Source of the DNA: an uncultured Defluviitaleaceae bacterium
GTDB lineage: Bacteria > Bacillota > Clostridia > Lachnospirales > WRBF01
Assembly (NCBI GenBank): GCA_964468805.1
Contig: CAYXWM010000001.1
Location: forward strand, 3,508-67,507
Direction of reading: 5' to 3'
Length of the DNA stretch: 64,000 nt
The notes under the pieces were generated by a model. The model was not told the DNA's origin. It was given only the letters and a program-made list of their open reading frames with translations, and made no database searches. Position numbers and translations under genes: made by a program. Of the stretch, positions 50,801-60,966 are shown piece after piece. The first letter of the stretch is position 1; each line of letters starts with the position of its first letter.

Positions 50801-52659
50801 TAGCTGCTTTTGATGAAATTGAAACGGAAAGAAAAAAACCGACTATTCTTAACGCTTATTTTTTGCATCTGTGGAAAAGGCTGATTCAAAATCCGTCTGT
50901 AAAAAAATGTCTTTATAAAACAAATGGGATACGTCGTAATGGTAACGACTTTTTTGAATTAAAGTCAATTACAAATCCCAATGTTTTTTTAAAATACAGG
51001 TTCTTTAATCCAATCGAAAATCAAGAAAACAAGGCTACAGGCTTAATACATAACTTTAAAGCAAACAGGTCTTGGATTAATCCATCAGATTCAAGAAATA
51101 AGCCGGAACCGGAATTTAATAGCATAACACAGGTTAACGATATAATTTCCACCGGAACTAAGGGTTTTAATAAGTATATAAATGTGTCAAAGTACGAAAT
51201 TAAAAAAGATTATCCCAACACAGAAAGCGCTTTTTCCTTGGATGAAATTAAAATTTCAAAAAGAAATAAACCGGTAGGTTTTAACGCTAATTTTATGCGT
51301 GTATGGAAAAGGCTTAATGTAAATCCGTCGGTTAAAAAATATTATTATGGGATAACCGGTAAACAAAACCACTTTTTTAAACGACCGTTTTTTGCAAATC
51401 CAAATGTTTATTTAAAAAGCCGTTCCACTAATACAAATATACAAAGGAATAACAATACTTTTGACTTAGAACAAATAGATCGCATTGCCAACAAAAATTC
51501 CGGAAGCTCTACGAACATATTAGGTAAGGACGGAACAATTAAATGTAATCTTACTTTAGTGAACTATGTTGATTTGAGTAAAAGCAGAAATGGTGAAACT
51601 GCCGAATTTAAACCCAATTCTTTGCAGGTGCGGAATAAGACGTTACCAAGCCCACAGGAAAGGAAATATTATATCAATGCTTACCCGGTAAACGTTAATA
51701 GAAGCCTTTTTTATAAACTAAAAGAAATTACAATTGTAAAAGACAGTTACAAAAACTTATCCGGTAATAAAGATGAACAAAAAAATTTAAAACCTACCTA
51801 CTTAATACCAATTGGCAAAGCCGGCAATATAAATGAAAATAAACGCTACTTATTAAATAACCATATCAATCCATACTTACTTGAGACGAAGAAAAATCCT
51901 GTGGAATATCTTGCTCACAATACAAAACTATTCAAAAGCTTGGAAAGTAATATTAATAACTTGGGGTACACAAATAGTTTTATACCTACTTTGGGGCAAA
52001 GACGGAAATATGGAAGAACCGGTAACAATTCTGACAGTAATTCTTTTACCGGATTAAGCAGTGATATAATACACGTTCTTGAAAACAATAGGATTTTAAT
52101 AAAGCCCATTAATGCAGGCAATAAAAGTTTGTCTATGGTAAGTTCTGATGATAAAAATTCAGTCTTTTATAAAAAAAACTTCGAAGAAATACAAACAGAT
52201 GAGAAAAGTCAAAGAAATATTTTTCATCAACTTAAAAAGGAATTAACCGTTGTAAAACCATCATTTTCTCATATGAAGTCGGTTAAGCTAACCCAAAAGA
52301 ATGAGCAGACTAAGCCCGGCGAAGGTTCTATGATTAACGGTGTAAATTTAGTATTTGCTGAATTAAATGCAAAAAATTCCGAGAGAGAAAAAGTAAAGGT
52401 AAAAAATAATGAGAAAAGTTTTACAAATACAACCGTAAGAAAAGAATTTGTTGGTAATGCCCATAGTTTTGGCGAATCCAAAAGTACAAAGTCTGTAAAC
52501 GAAACTATCAACAAAATTCAGGAGGCTCATTTTAATCAAGATAAGAACAAAACAATTATAGACAGTCTTTCCAATGATGAAATTAATAAACTGGTAGACA
52601 GATTCTATGACAAGTTGGAAAGAAAAATTATTAATGAAAAAAGGCGGTTTGGCCTGTAA
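47818..52659 (+). CDS. Large Asn/Lys-rich repeat protein, candidate tape-measure
   Basis: 1613-aa ORF with four ~131-145-aa repeats; C-terminal LVDRFYDKLERKIINEKRRFG; lies between tube 2 and tube initiator. Confidence 0.6.
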   Translation: MLKLFSENKNKIIKTTRKDIAVSDCNFIGKTGLSGRNNFGEKILSKASPVISVTGWNRISLYYFLAYISQFSHPGVINNIVNIINKNYILSYNNRFLREFNSQNNRINSYVSVFPGNLPDYQKHNLKSFTNYSSKRISINHFKNEPEFHKGLNAFSSTKTSYFDLENSNTNTDSNTRNFKYPITEGINVWKYVTDVFGNYDNISEETKSNSVKYEKKSFTGKNVLSNFLYRYFQQLNLAKDTIPELIIGYNSVIKEIEKNLRFIAHINHQNDFNIYQNLRQQSSLIDLFSNKQDYSINTGKVYKDVTGKIFSPENKITGNLSLIKRFFGLNYKNNSIFNYDATPDQENIHPGMLNENNSLSNLKEIIIGFNLGKKINQKYRMYNSYEDNFPQLRSNNWLSALIYKQADNFVKQPNTKSPVSNAGQNFYLRRFCLNNQMIDTNSIVKGWLNTFIPETADRFINNFDTTKPVSNISSHKVLKRYNLTNQKRNKNNYLLDLNQMDYNHAINNEIAYKNSYEFGEKNSIVNLGFNRGSYESDIGLTKNKANSIDRHKKIIYQNLYTLNKFSYGTHFTENKDTGSTAKDIGYNFHSAINLLSDSKAGAYKTTGLYNKFSKLYLNKFSDDRNGFYKTGSGNEKPLIHIAKIFFRMFSFKALFSGLKKQFLSLNELGSTQNEKKVSGVLFNKEINLNAVSNKEEKEYSYLSSWYEVAYKDYLSNQSFTALKEAETTKRKQSLGLNFNFLPAQAKSFQNLSAKKYFSGINVITGNRNAFFVLKSVTNSNDYLTNNRLKQNFKSNSAGIRAFNSIHPEQKNGYIKPVSGLSSIFDTFFKIIKLSSWNEIYKENPFTESYVVLNEHKISKINKPASHNIKFLQVWKNLRQNLSETKNVNKINGIIGNQNTVYKPNIITKPNVYLKNSISNPILQQENISTDLKQSFTAYWKWFNASNARHNSEPELNSITKVNDSSRIVAKGFNKYINLSSWNEVNKEYPFKKSLAAFDEIETERKKPTILNAYFLHLWKRLIQNPSVKKCLYKTNGIRRNGNDFFELKSITNPNVFLKYRFFNPIENQENKATGLIHNFKANRSWINPSDSRNKPEPEFNSITQVNDIISTGTKGFNKYINVSKYEIKKDYPNTESAFSLDEIKISKRNKPVGFNANFMRVWKRLNVNPSVKKYYYGITGKQNHFFKRPFFANPNVYLKSRSTNTNIQRNNNTFDLEQIDRIANKNSGSSTNILGKDGTIKCNLTLVNYVDLSKSRNGETAEFKPNSLQVRNKTLPSPQERKYYINAYPVNVNRSLFYKLKEITIVKDSYKNLSGNKDEQKNLKPTYLIPIGKAGNINENKRYLLNNHINPYLLETKKNPVEYLAHNTKLFKSLESNINNLGYTNSFIPTLGQRRKYGRTGNNSDSNSFTGLSSDIIHVLENNRILIKPINAGNKSLSMVSSDDKNSVFYKKNFEEIQTDEKSQRNIFHQLKKELTVVKPSFSHMKSVKLTQKNEQTKPGEGSMINGVNLVFAELNAKNSEREKVKVKNNEKSFTNTTVRKEFVGNAHSFGESKSTKSVNETINKIQEAHFNQDKNKTIIDSLSNDEINKLVDRFYDKLERKIINEKRRFGL

Positions 52660-52665
52660 AAGGAG

Positions 52666-53379
52666 ATGGTTTCCGTGCCGGATAACCCTTTGTTGATTTC
52701 AGCCGTGGTAACCTCCAAAGCCCGGATAAAGGTTTCCGTCTCGTCTCCGGGGGCTGATGATGGGATTAAATGCCTATTTAACCCATCTGATTTCACAATC
52801 GAAAGAAGCGTAAATTACGCTGAGCATAGAATACCCGGGAAGGACCGGCCCATAGTTCAGTTTGTAAACGGTGAAGCCGAAACTATGAACTTTTCACTTT
52901 TCTTTGATACTTATATGGCTACTCACGAAGCAGGCAATGATGCACTTTCCGCAAAGGCCTCAAAACCTGTAACCGAAAAAGAGGACGTAAGAGACTATAC
53001 CGATCCTTTTTACAAGCTTATGGATATTGATTCCGATGAGCATACACCCAAAACAGTCACCTTTTCCTGGGGCTCAATTAAGTTTGAAGGCGTGGTAGCT
53101 AATATATCACAGAAATTTACATTGTTCAGCCCTTCCGGCATACCTTTGAGGGCAGTTTTGACTATTACTTTAAAGTCATACAAAGAGGACAACCCTGTGA
53201 GAAACTCTCCCGATAGGACAAAAAACAGGGTTATTGTCGAAGGAGAACAGCTTTACACTTTGGCATACAGAGAGTATGGGGACTGTTCCATGTGGAGAAA
53301 GATAGCTGAGTCTAATTCAATAGACAACCCAAGAAGGTTAAGGTCGGGAGAAAATATTGCCATACCGTCTGTTACGTAA
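52666..53379 (+). CDS. CIS tube initiator with LysM domain (Afp7-like)
   Basis: CLFNP, QFVNG, LFFDT, VTFSWG, F...G.PLRA, SPDRTK, LAYREYGD...WRKIA..N.IDNPR. Confidence 0.92.
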   Translation: MVSVPDNPLLISAVVTSKARIKVSVSSPGADDGIKCLFNPSDFTIERSVNYAEHRIPGKDRPIVQFVNGEAETMNFSLFFDTYMATHEAGNDALSAKASKPVTEKEDVRDYTDPFYKLMDIDSDEHTPKTVTFSWGSIKFEGVVANISQKFTLFSPSGIPLRAVLTITLKSYKEDNPVRNSPDRTKNRVIVEGEQLYTLAYREYGDCSMWRKIAESNSIDNPRRLRSGENIAIPSVT

Positions 53380-53391
53380 GGAGGATGAAAC

Positions 53392-54495
53392 TTGCCCTCA
53401 TTTTCATATTACGAAGAATCATATAAACAATTTTCAGCGCCGCAGCTTATATTGGAGATAGACGGAACGGAGTTATCAAACTCAGATTATTCTGTTGAAA
53501 ATGTACAGGCACAGACATCTTCTTCTTTCGAATCCGGTTCTTGTGAAATTACAATTGCAGATATTTATGATGAACAAAAAGGAAAGTACAAAAAAGATAT
53601 ATACAATACCTTTTCGCCCGGATCAAAAATAAAAGTCGGTATGGGCTACAACTACCTAAGCGAGGTTTTCAACGGCTATATCAATAAAATTTCTATGCAT
53701 TATGGTGCAGGCGGGGTTACGCTTTCTGTAAGTTGCCTTGACGCGAGAGGTGTACTTTTCAAAAGTAACAGAAGACGTCAATTTCAGGAAGGTGCAAAGA
53801 TAACAGATGTTATAAATGCAGTGCTTAAACCCTGTCAAGAATATGTGGATTCAATTAGTGTGGGTAATATTACCTTTGACAGCAGCGTAAGCGAAGATGT
53901 ACGGATAAAGCTGACACAGGATAATATCGATGACTACGCTTATGTAAAAAAACTTGCAACTCTAACGGGATGTTATTTCTGCGTTCTGAAAAACCGGCTT
54001 GTATTTGACCCTGATATAGTCTCAGGGGCAGAAAATATTATTACGCTTAAATGGGGCGAAAGCGTATTGGATGCATCTTTCGATATAGATTTGTCTGAAC
54101 AGGTTGGTAGTGTTGAGGTATCATTCAGAGACAGAACCACCGGAAAATATGATTCTGTAGTTGTTGAGTCCGGCTCATTATCCCTTGGCAGTGGGCAAAG
54201 CCCTAATGTGGCTGATGTAGTGGAGAAAAAAGAGCTTGAAGTAGAAGAACCTATGGTTATAAATACTGAGCAAGCGTCAGCCTTTGCCAAAAGTTTATAC
54301 AATTCAATGAATATGAATTATGTTAAGACAAAGATAAAAACCATAGGTATACCGGATATTTACGCAGGAGCAAAATTCACCCTGGAAAGATTCGGAAAAG
54401 GTTTGAACGGAGACTATTTCATAACAAATGCTCTCCATGATTTTGGAAGTGGAGGCTATACCACAACAATAACCGGGAACAAAACTAAATACTAA
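53392..54495 (+). CDS. Baseplate hub, phage late control D/gp27-like
   Basis: KVGMGY....VFNGYI, Q....DY.Y...LA, IGIPDI.AG, G.YFI....H.F...GYTT. Confidence 0.88.
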   Translation: MPSFSYYEESYKQFSAPQLILEIDGTELSNSDYSVENVQAQTSSSFESGSCEITIADIYDEQKGKYKKDIYNTFSPGSKIKVGMGYNYLSEVFNGYINKISMHYGAGGVTLSVSCLDARGVLFKSNRRRQFQEGAKITDVINAVLKPCQEYVDSISVGNITFDSSVSEDVRIKLTQDNIDDYAYVKKLATLTGCYFCVLKNRLVFDPDIVSGAENIITLKWGESVLDASFDIDLSEQVGSVEVSFRDRTTGKYDSVVVESGSLSLGSGQSPNVADVVEKKELEVEEPMVINTEQASAFAKSLYNSMNMNYVKTKIKTIGIPDIYAGAKFTLERFGKGLNGDYFITNALHDFGSGGYTTTITGNKTKY

Positions 54496-54535
54496 AAATA
54501 CAAATGCATTAAAGTACAATCCGGAGGGCGTTACT

Positions 54536-55297
54536 ATGGGTTTTTTTGATTCGGAAAACAATTACATAAGGCAGTTTAACAATTTTAAGCGATCCGGTAT
54601 TTCTCTTGGCATAGTATCTGACCTAAAAGACCCTTTGGGCAAGAACAGGGTTAGGTGCACTTACATGACAGGTGATGACGATGCCGGAACTTCTGATTGG
54701 GCATATGTTGCTTCGCCCTTTGGCGGAAGTGAGCATGGTATTTTCTTTTTCCCTAATATAGGTGATATAGTCCTTATTGCTTTTGAAGAAGGCGACATTC
54801 ATATGCCTTATATTATCGGTTCGGTTTGGAAAAACGAAGTTGCTCCTCCTGTAACTATAAACAAAGAAGATCCAAAGAATCAAATATTTAAAATCTTAAC
54901 GCCACGAAAAAGTGTATTGGAATTTTCCGATGAAGAAAACAAGGAAAAAATAACATTGAAAACTCCTTTGGAAAACGGCTTGGTTATAAATGATGAAAAT
55001 AAAAAGATCGGTATAGGCGACAAAGAGGGAAAGAACTCTATAGTAATGGATTTTGAAAAGGGTGCTATGACTTTAACCTCCGAAAAGAAATTGACTATAA
55101 ACGTTGGTTCCGTATCCATTGAAATAGATGGCGAAAAAGGGGATCTAAATATAAAGGCGTCAAAAAGCATTAAGTTGGATGCCGCACAGCTCAACATAAA
55201 ATCAAGCGGATCTGCCGAAGTTTCTTCAACCGGAGAACTTACACTCAAAAGCGCCTCAAGCACCTCCGTTAAAGGTTTAAGTGTTAAGATTAACTGA
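54536..55297 (+). CDS. Spike protein, baseplate assembly V/gp5 OB-fold plus beta-helix
   Basis: DPLGKNRVR, SDWA, GIFFFPNIGDIVLIAFEEGD...PYIIGSVW; repetitive beta-strand C-terminus. Confidence 0.92.
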   Translation: MGFFDSENNYIRQFNNFKRSGISLGIVSDLKDPLGKNRVRCTYMTGDDDAGTSDWAYVASPFGGSEHGIFFFPNIGDIVLIAFEEGDIHMPYIIGSVWKNEVAPPVTINKEDPKNQIFKILTPRKSVLEFSDEENKEKITLKTPLENGLVINDENKKIGIGDKEGKNSIVMDFEKGAMTLTSEKKLTINVGSVSIEIDGEKGDLNIKASKSIKLDAAQLNIKSSGSAEVSSTGELTLKSASSTSVKGLSVKIN

Positions 55298-55725
55298 TGG
55301 GAATGTGTGATACTGTGAACGAAGAACATTCAAAGAAATTTCTTGGTATAGGGTTTAAGTTTCCGATTCAGGTTAATCCGGAATCCGGCAGGATTGCCAT
55401 GTCAGCTTATGAGGAAGATGTGGAAGAAGCGATAAGGATAATTTTAAGTACATCCGTGGGAGAAAGAGTAATGCGTCCGGAATTTGGTTCCCATGCAAAG
55501 GATTTTATATTTCAAGAAAGCACTTTAGAGAACAAAGCATTCCTGGAAAAATCTATTTCATCATGCCTGCTTAAATTTGAACCTCGAATAAAGGATATAG
55601 TGGTTGAAGCAGAATTAACCGGCTCGAAAAATGAGATTACGGTAAAGATAAAATACGTAATAAGGGCTACAAACAACCAATTTAACATAGTATATCCCTT
55701 TTATTTGATGGAGGGTGAAGGATGA
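55297..55725 (+). CDS. GPW/gp25 baseplate protein (Afp9-like)
   Basis: FLGIGFKFP, IILSTSVGERVMRPEFGS, EPRI, NIVYPFYL. Confidence 0.94.
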   Translation: MGMCDTVNEEHSKKFLGIGFKFPIQVNPESGRIAMSAYEEDVEEAIRIILSTSVGERVMRPEFGSHAKDFIFQESTLENKAFLEKSISSCLLKFEPRIKDIVVEAELTGSKNEITVKIKYVIRATNNQFNIVYPFYLMEGEG

Positions 55726-58700
55726 ATATTACCGGTTTTAAGGATTACAGCCCTGATGGGATTTTAAAGTTAATACAGAAAATGGCTGAGGTATATACAC
55801 CGGAATGGAAAATAGACCCTTTAGAGCCGGACGGTGGCTATGCATTGGCTACTCTGTTTGCCGCAATGTTTTCGGAAACTCTCAATATATTTAACAGCAT
55901 CCCTAAAAAGTATTTTCTGTACTTTTTAAATATGCTTGGTGTTTCCCTTCGAAATGCAACGCCGGCTAAGGGCTTTGTCAATTTTGATGTATATAAGAAT
56001 TCTGTTCTTCCGGTAACAATCAAGAAAAATACTAAGCTCTATACTATAAAAGAAGTTGTTGAAAAAGGCTCAAGCGAAACAGTAATTTTTGAAACCGACA
56101 GAACTGTTCAGGCGATTAATTCTTCTTTGATCGGAGTATTCAATATTAGTTCACCAAAAGATATTATAGAAAAAATCCAACCCGATAATGGTGAGTATGA
56201 GTTTTTTAACCCTAAAATTAAAAATAACCTCGAATCACGCAGAATGATAATATGCAATGATAATGTACTTAACCTTAAAAGTCCGTCGGAAATAACGCTT
56301 CGATTTATGGATGACACAGCATATTCCGGTAACCGAGAAATATTGTTAAATACTCTGTCCTCAAAGGACTTGTCTGACTGGTTTTATTTTGATACTACCG
56401 GCACTAAGAGGACATTTAAGGATATTGTAATATCTGAAAGCGGTATTACGCTTATAAAAGACGACAGCCATAAACTTGCTAAAATTTCCGTAAAGGGTAT
56501 AACCGGTTCGGAGCATGAGAAATATGCAATAATATGCGAGATGAAAAAAGGAAATGAAAACTTAGAGGTTTCAATCAGTGATATGCAAATGAAAAGCACA
56601 AGCATTATTGATGAAGACCGTCAAGGCATAGCTCCCGATTATTTATTTTATAACGACATTCCGGGAAGTATTGAAGAACCCGATTATTGCTTTGGAAAAA
56701 GCCCTGCTTTATATGATTCCTTTTATATTTCCTCTGACGAGGCATTTACCAAACCGGGGGCCGAAATTAATTTGGAATTCAATATCAAAACTGTTGTTAA
56801 AGAGGTTGGGGCAATTCCATCCGGTCCCGTTTACGACTTTTATCATAAATACATAGTAGAAAAATCAGATTACACAAAGCCGGTACCTGATCAAATTTAT
56901 ATATCAAGAGTTCAATGGGAATATTGGAACGGAATAGGGTGGACAAGACTGGAAGTAAGAGGCGATCATAACGTATTTGCTCCGTCCCAAAATATTTTTA
57001 AACGGAATATAACCTTCATTTGCCCTATGGATTTCAGTATGTGCTATCAAAATTCATTGTATGGATACCTCATAAGGGCAAGGATTTTAGAGATAGAAAA
57101 TCTTTATTCCGGGTACGGGCAATGGAATCTTCCGTTTTATGAAAGTATACACATTAAATTTAATTATACCGGAAATTTACCTTCTTTTCAGCTTATGAAC
57201 GTGGAAAACAATTGTGAATTATCTGTTTACGGTGAAGAAAGCCGCAACTTAAAAAAGGCAATAATAACACCTCTTTCAACCGGAGCGGAGGAAGTTTATT
57301 TCGCATTTGATACCCCGCCAAAAGGGCTTCCCTTTACTATATACTTTGGAGTCAGGGGTAGGACTGATGAAAAAAGGTTGCTTGTAGCAGAAGGGCTTGT
57401 TAAGGGAATAGGTGGAGAACCCGGTTGGAAAGAAATCAGAATAAACGATACAACCAATGCTTTAGAGGAAAGCGGAATTATTGAGTTTTTTACAACGGAG
57501 GACTTTATTAAAAATACTCTGTTCGGACAAGAGGCATTTTGGATAAGGCTTTATGACGGGAATATGAAATACAACAATAATATTAAACATTTTCCCCTTG
57601 TAGATAAAATTATTTTAAATGCTGTACCTATAGTGCAAAGAAACACGGTGGAGAAAGAGCGTCATAAGGTTTTGGAGACTATTGAAGGTTTAAAATACAT
57701 AACGTTAAGAAATAATCCGATTATTCTATGTGAAATTTGGGTAGATGAAATTTCAAATGTAAATACTTCTGAAATAAAAGCCATCATGGAAAATAATCCT
57801 TCTGAAATCAGAAAAGCCTTTAATACAGAAGGAAAGTTAACCGGGCTTTGGGTTAAATGGAAGGAATATTTGGGATTGGCGGAAAATATGGGTCCAAGAG
57901 AATTCTTTTTGGACAGATATTCCGGTCAGCTGAATTTCAGAACCCATAATGACATGCTTGAAAGCGGAAAAACCGATATTTTGGTGAATTATTCTTATGG
58001 CGGCGGAGTTATAGGAAATATTAATAAAAATGAAATAAGCGGACTTTTGGTCAGCGTACCGGGCATAGATAAGGTTACGAATTTTACTTCTACATATGGT
58101 GGTAGCGACAGAGGAAATTTCTCGGTATTGGAGAGGATAGGAAACTCAAGAATACTGCACAGGGACAGAGCAGTAACCTTAACAGATTTTGAAAATATAG
58201 CTTTGGAGCATTTCAGTGAAATTCGATATGCAAAATGCTTCACCGGATATGATGACAAAGGAAACGAAAAGCCGGGAGCGGTTACACTTGTTGTAGCAAC
58301 CGAAGGAGAAGCTGACAGCAATTATAAATCTCATCTTTGCATTAGGATAAAGAATTTTTTTGACAGCCTGATTATTTCAACTTTAAAAGCAAATTCTTTG
58401 TTTTATGTTACACCTGCCATAGACCTTCAATTAACAGTAAATGTTACGGTAGTCCCGGTTAGTTTAGATAATGCGGCAGAGCTTGAAAAACAACTTATTT
58501 CCCTTATTGACATGATTATTGAGAGGAAAAAGTGTTTGGATGATGTTATCGGAAAAATTCCTTCGAAGGCAGAATTATTAAGCATCCTCAAAAAGGCGGA
58601 AAATGTAGCATTTGTTCGGGATATATCTCTAGAGGGCAGGTATTTCCGTAACAACAAGGAAAAATTTATATCGTTGGACGATTCAACGGTTCCTCTTTAC

Positions 58701-58751
58701 GCTATAGCCGGTTCAGGGAAACATTGCATTAAGTATGCTGTTTCATTTTAA
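55722..58751 (+). CDS. Baseplate J/gp47-like wedge protein
   Basis: YTPEW, FLNMLG, WEYWNG..W, DTT, Y..GGG..GN, HRDRAVT..DFE. Confidence 0.88.
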   Translation: MNITGFKDYSPDGILKLIQKMAEVYTPEWKIDPLEPDGGYALATLFAAMFSETLNIFNSIPKKYFLYFLNMLGVSLRNATPAKGFVNFDVYKNSVLPVTIKKNTKLYTIKEVVEKGSSETVIFETDRTVQAINSSLIGVFNISSPKDIIEKIQPDNGEYEFFNPKIKNNLESRRMIICNDNVLNLKSPSEITLRFMDDTAYSGNREILLNTLSSKDLSDWFYFDTTGTKRTFKDIVISESGITLIKDDSHKLAKISVKGITGSEHEKYAIICEMKKGNENLEVSISDMQMKSTSIIDEDRQGIAPDYLFYNDIPGSIEEPDYCFGKSPALYDSFYISSDEAFTKPGAEINLEFNIKTVVKEVGAIPSGPVYDFYHKYIVEKSDYTKPVPDQIYISRVQWEYWNGIGWTRLEVRGDHNVFAPSQNIFKRNITFICPMDFSMCYQNSLYGYLIRARILEIENLYSGYGQWNLPFYESIHIKFNYTGNLPSFQLMNVENNCELSVYGEESRNLKKAIITPLSTGAEEVYFAFDTPPKGLPFTIYFGVRGRTDEKRLLVAEGLVKGIGGEPGWKEIRINDTTNALEESGIIEFFTTEDFIKNTLFGQEAFWIRLYDGNMKYNNNIKHFPLVDKIILNAVPIVQRNTVEKERHKVLETIEGLKYITLRNNPIILCEIWVDEISNVNTSEIKAIMENNPSEIRKAFNTEGKLTGLWVKWKEYLGLAENMGPREFFLDRYSGQLNFRTHNDMLESGKTDILVNYSYGGGVIGNINKNEISGLLVSVPGIDKVTNFTSTYGGSDRGNFSVLERIGNSRILHRDRAVTLTDFENIALEHFSEIRYAKCFTGYDDKGNEKPGAVTLVVATEGEADSNYKSHLCIRIKNFFDSLIISTLKANSLFYVTPAIDLQLTVNVTVVPVSLDNAAELEKQLISLIDMIIERKKCLDDVIGKIPSKAELLSILKKAENVAFVRDISLEGRYFRNNKEKFISLDDSTVPLYAIAGSGKHCIKYAVSF

Positions 58752-58835
58752 AAACATAAGAGCAACCGCCTATGAAGCATAACACTTTCTATACATCTGT
58801 TAAGCTATAGTACTAAAAAAACAGTTGGTGAAAAT

Positions 58836-60938
58836 ATGTTGGAGATTCCAAACTTAGATAATCAAATGTTCCGGGAAATAGTGGATGGTGCAGTTAAAAA
58901 AATTCGGACAGTTTATCCGCAATGGACAGATTATAATGAACACGATCCGGGTATTACCATTCTTGAGCTTTTCGCGTGGCTCAAGGAAATGGAACAGTAT
59001 TATATAAACAGGATGACCGAAAGAAGCATAGAAAGTCTGCTTGCTTTGTTAAACTGCAGACCAAGACCGGCAGTTCCTTCAACAGCATCTGTCTTATTTA
59101 ACACTTCCATTCAAACAGAAGTTTTTAAGGGACAAGCTTTTTACAGTGAGGGTGGTGTGGTTTTTGAATCATTGCAGAACGAAAAGATTGGAGACGTATT
59201 TGTAGAAAATGTTCTGCTTAATTTGAAAGGTAAAACAGTGAATGTTCGGGAGGTTCAGCTAAGCGAAGGTATTGCTTTCGAAGCTTTTGAATATGACGAC
59301 ACCAAAGAAAACAGCTTTCTTATAGGATTTTCTTTTGTCGGCGGTACCGGTTTGGAGTTTTATTTTAAATTATTAAATAATTACCCAATTAAAAGAAACC
59401 CATTTGAATCAGAAGCTTTTGCTGTCAGGCAACTTAGATGGGAATATGCAGTACAGTTAAATGACGGAATTACATACAAAGAATTAAAAGTAATAAAAGA
59501 TGAAACCGGCTCCCTTTCATTTTCGGGAAGTATAACCTTTGAGACACCTTTCGATTTTGGGAAAGTATCCGGTTTAGGCGGAGAAAGTAAATATTGGATA
59601 AGATGTGTTTTAATAAAGCCGGGTTGTGAGGAGAGACCGGTAATCAGCAGAATATATGGCAGCAGGGTAAGGCTTATTCAAAGGGAAACCCTATGCGAAA
59701 ACAGAATTTTCCGCGTTGAGGCTACCGGTAAACCGGTTAATATTTGTTACGGATATGCTAAGGCTGATGACAATTTTCTGGTCTTTGAGAAAAAAGAAGA
59801 TTTTTGGAGATTAGCTGATGTAAATTTTACTGTTGATTCAAGTGGATTAGCAACATTAAGTATACCCGGTTTGGTCTCAGACGAAATAATGGCGGTTAGG
59901 TTTAGCGGCGAAATATCCGGAAAATCGGTGTTGAGAATAAAGGGTTATCCGGGTCAGGCAAAGGCTGAATTTATAACTCGAGAGGGTCTTATGGACAGCG
60001 AATTGTCCATAATGGTAAAGAATGAATTTAATGCCTACGAAGTATGGAATTATAAAAAATACCTTGATGAAGCGGGGCCCTACGATAAGTGTTTTTCATA
60101 CGATTGGGAACAGGGAGAAATCCTCTTTGGTGACAATGAGAACGGTGAAATGCCTCCGGATTCTGAAAACGACGTAATTGTAATTTCCTGCTACGTAACG
60201 GGCGGTAAAAAAGGGATAGTTCCGGAAAACTCCATGTTGCCGTTAAGTTCCGGAAAAGACGGAACCATGATAAAACCTGAGATTATTTACTCCTCTTACG
60301 GTGTAAATAAGGAATCTGTTCACGATGCAAAACATAGATTTTCAGAAAAAGTTAAAAAATTAAGAAAAGCTGTAACTATGAATGACTATGAAAGAATTGC
60401 ATTGGAAACGCCCGGAAGGAGAGTACTCTGTGCAAAGGCAATTCCTTGCTATGATGATTCAAACCCCGACAATTATTCCGAAACGGCGGTAACAGTGGTT
60501 GCTCTGCCTTACTCCGGAAGGCCCGGAACTATGCCGGATAATGAATTTATCCGTGATATACAGAACTATTTGGATATGCACAGAACCGTTACCACTAAAA
60601 TTATTGTTGAAAAGCCTATATTTGTGGGAATTAATATATATTGTGAAACAGTTATAGGTGCTGTTTATGACAAAGAAAAAGTAAAAGCTGAAATAGAGAG
60701 CATTATAAAAGCCTTGTTTGAAATAAATTCGCAACTTGACGCAAATAAAATCGGAAATGTGATAAAAGAAAGCGATATTATTATGAAAATCAGCACTGTT
60801 GAGGGAGTATTTCAAATAGCAAGATTAGCGGTGAATTCTGACAGTAATAATGTATCAAGGGATGCTCACGGCAACATAAGTATTACGGAAATTATGGTTC
60901 CTTATTTGAAAGAGCTGGAGCTACACTTAATTGCATAA
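58836..60938 (+). CDS. Second baseplate J-like assembly protein
   Basis: PNLD, WTDYNEHDPGITILELFAW, FGD...G..PP, AVT..DYE. Confidence 0.92.
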   Translation: MLEIPNLDNQMFREIVDGAVKKIRTVYPQWTDYNEHDPGITILELFAWLKEMEQYYINRMTERSIESLLALLNCRPRPAVPSTASVLFNTSIQTEVFKGQAFYSEGGVVFESLQNEKIGDVFVENVLLNLKGKTVNVREVQLSEGIAFEAFEYDDTKENSFLIGFSFVGGTGLEFYFKLLNNYPIKRNPFESEAFAVRQLRWEYAVQLNDGITYKELKVIKDETGSLSFSGSITFETPFDFGKVSGLGGESKYWIRCVLIKPGCEERPVISRIYGSRVRLIQRETLCENRIFRVEATGKPVNICYGYAKADDNFLVFEKKEDFWRLADVNFTVDSSGLATLSIPGLVSDEIMAVRFSGEISGKSVLRIKGYPGQAKAEFITREGLMDSELSIMVKNEFNAYEVWNYKKYLDEAGPYDKCFSYDWEQGEILFGDNENGEMPPDSENDVIVISCYVTGGKKGIVPENSMLPLSSGKDGTMIKPEIIYSSYGVNKESVHDAKHRFSEKVKKLRKAVTMNDYERIALETPGRRVLCAKAIPCYDDSNPDNYSETAVTVVALPYSGRPGTMPDNEFIRDIQNYLDMHRTVTTKIIVEKPIFVGINIYCETVIGAVYDKEKVKAEIESIIKALFEINSQLDANKIGNVIKESDIIMKISTVEGVFQIARLAVNSDSNNVSRDAHGNISITEIMVPYLKELELHLIA

Positions 60939-60966
60939 GTGCAGAAGTGACCGGGAGTGATACTGA

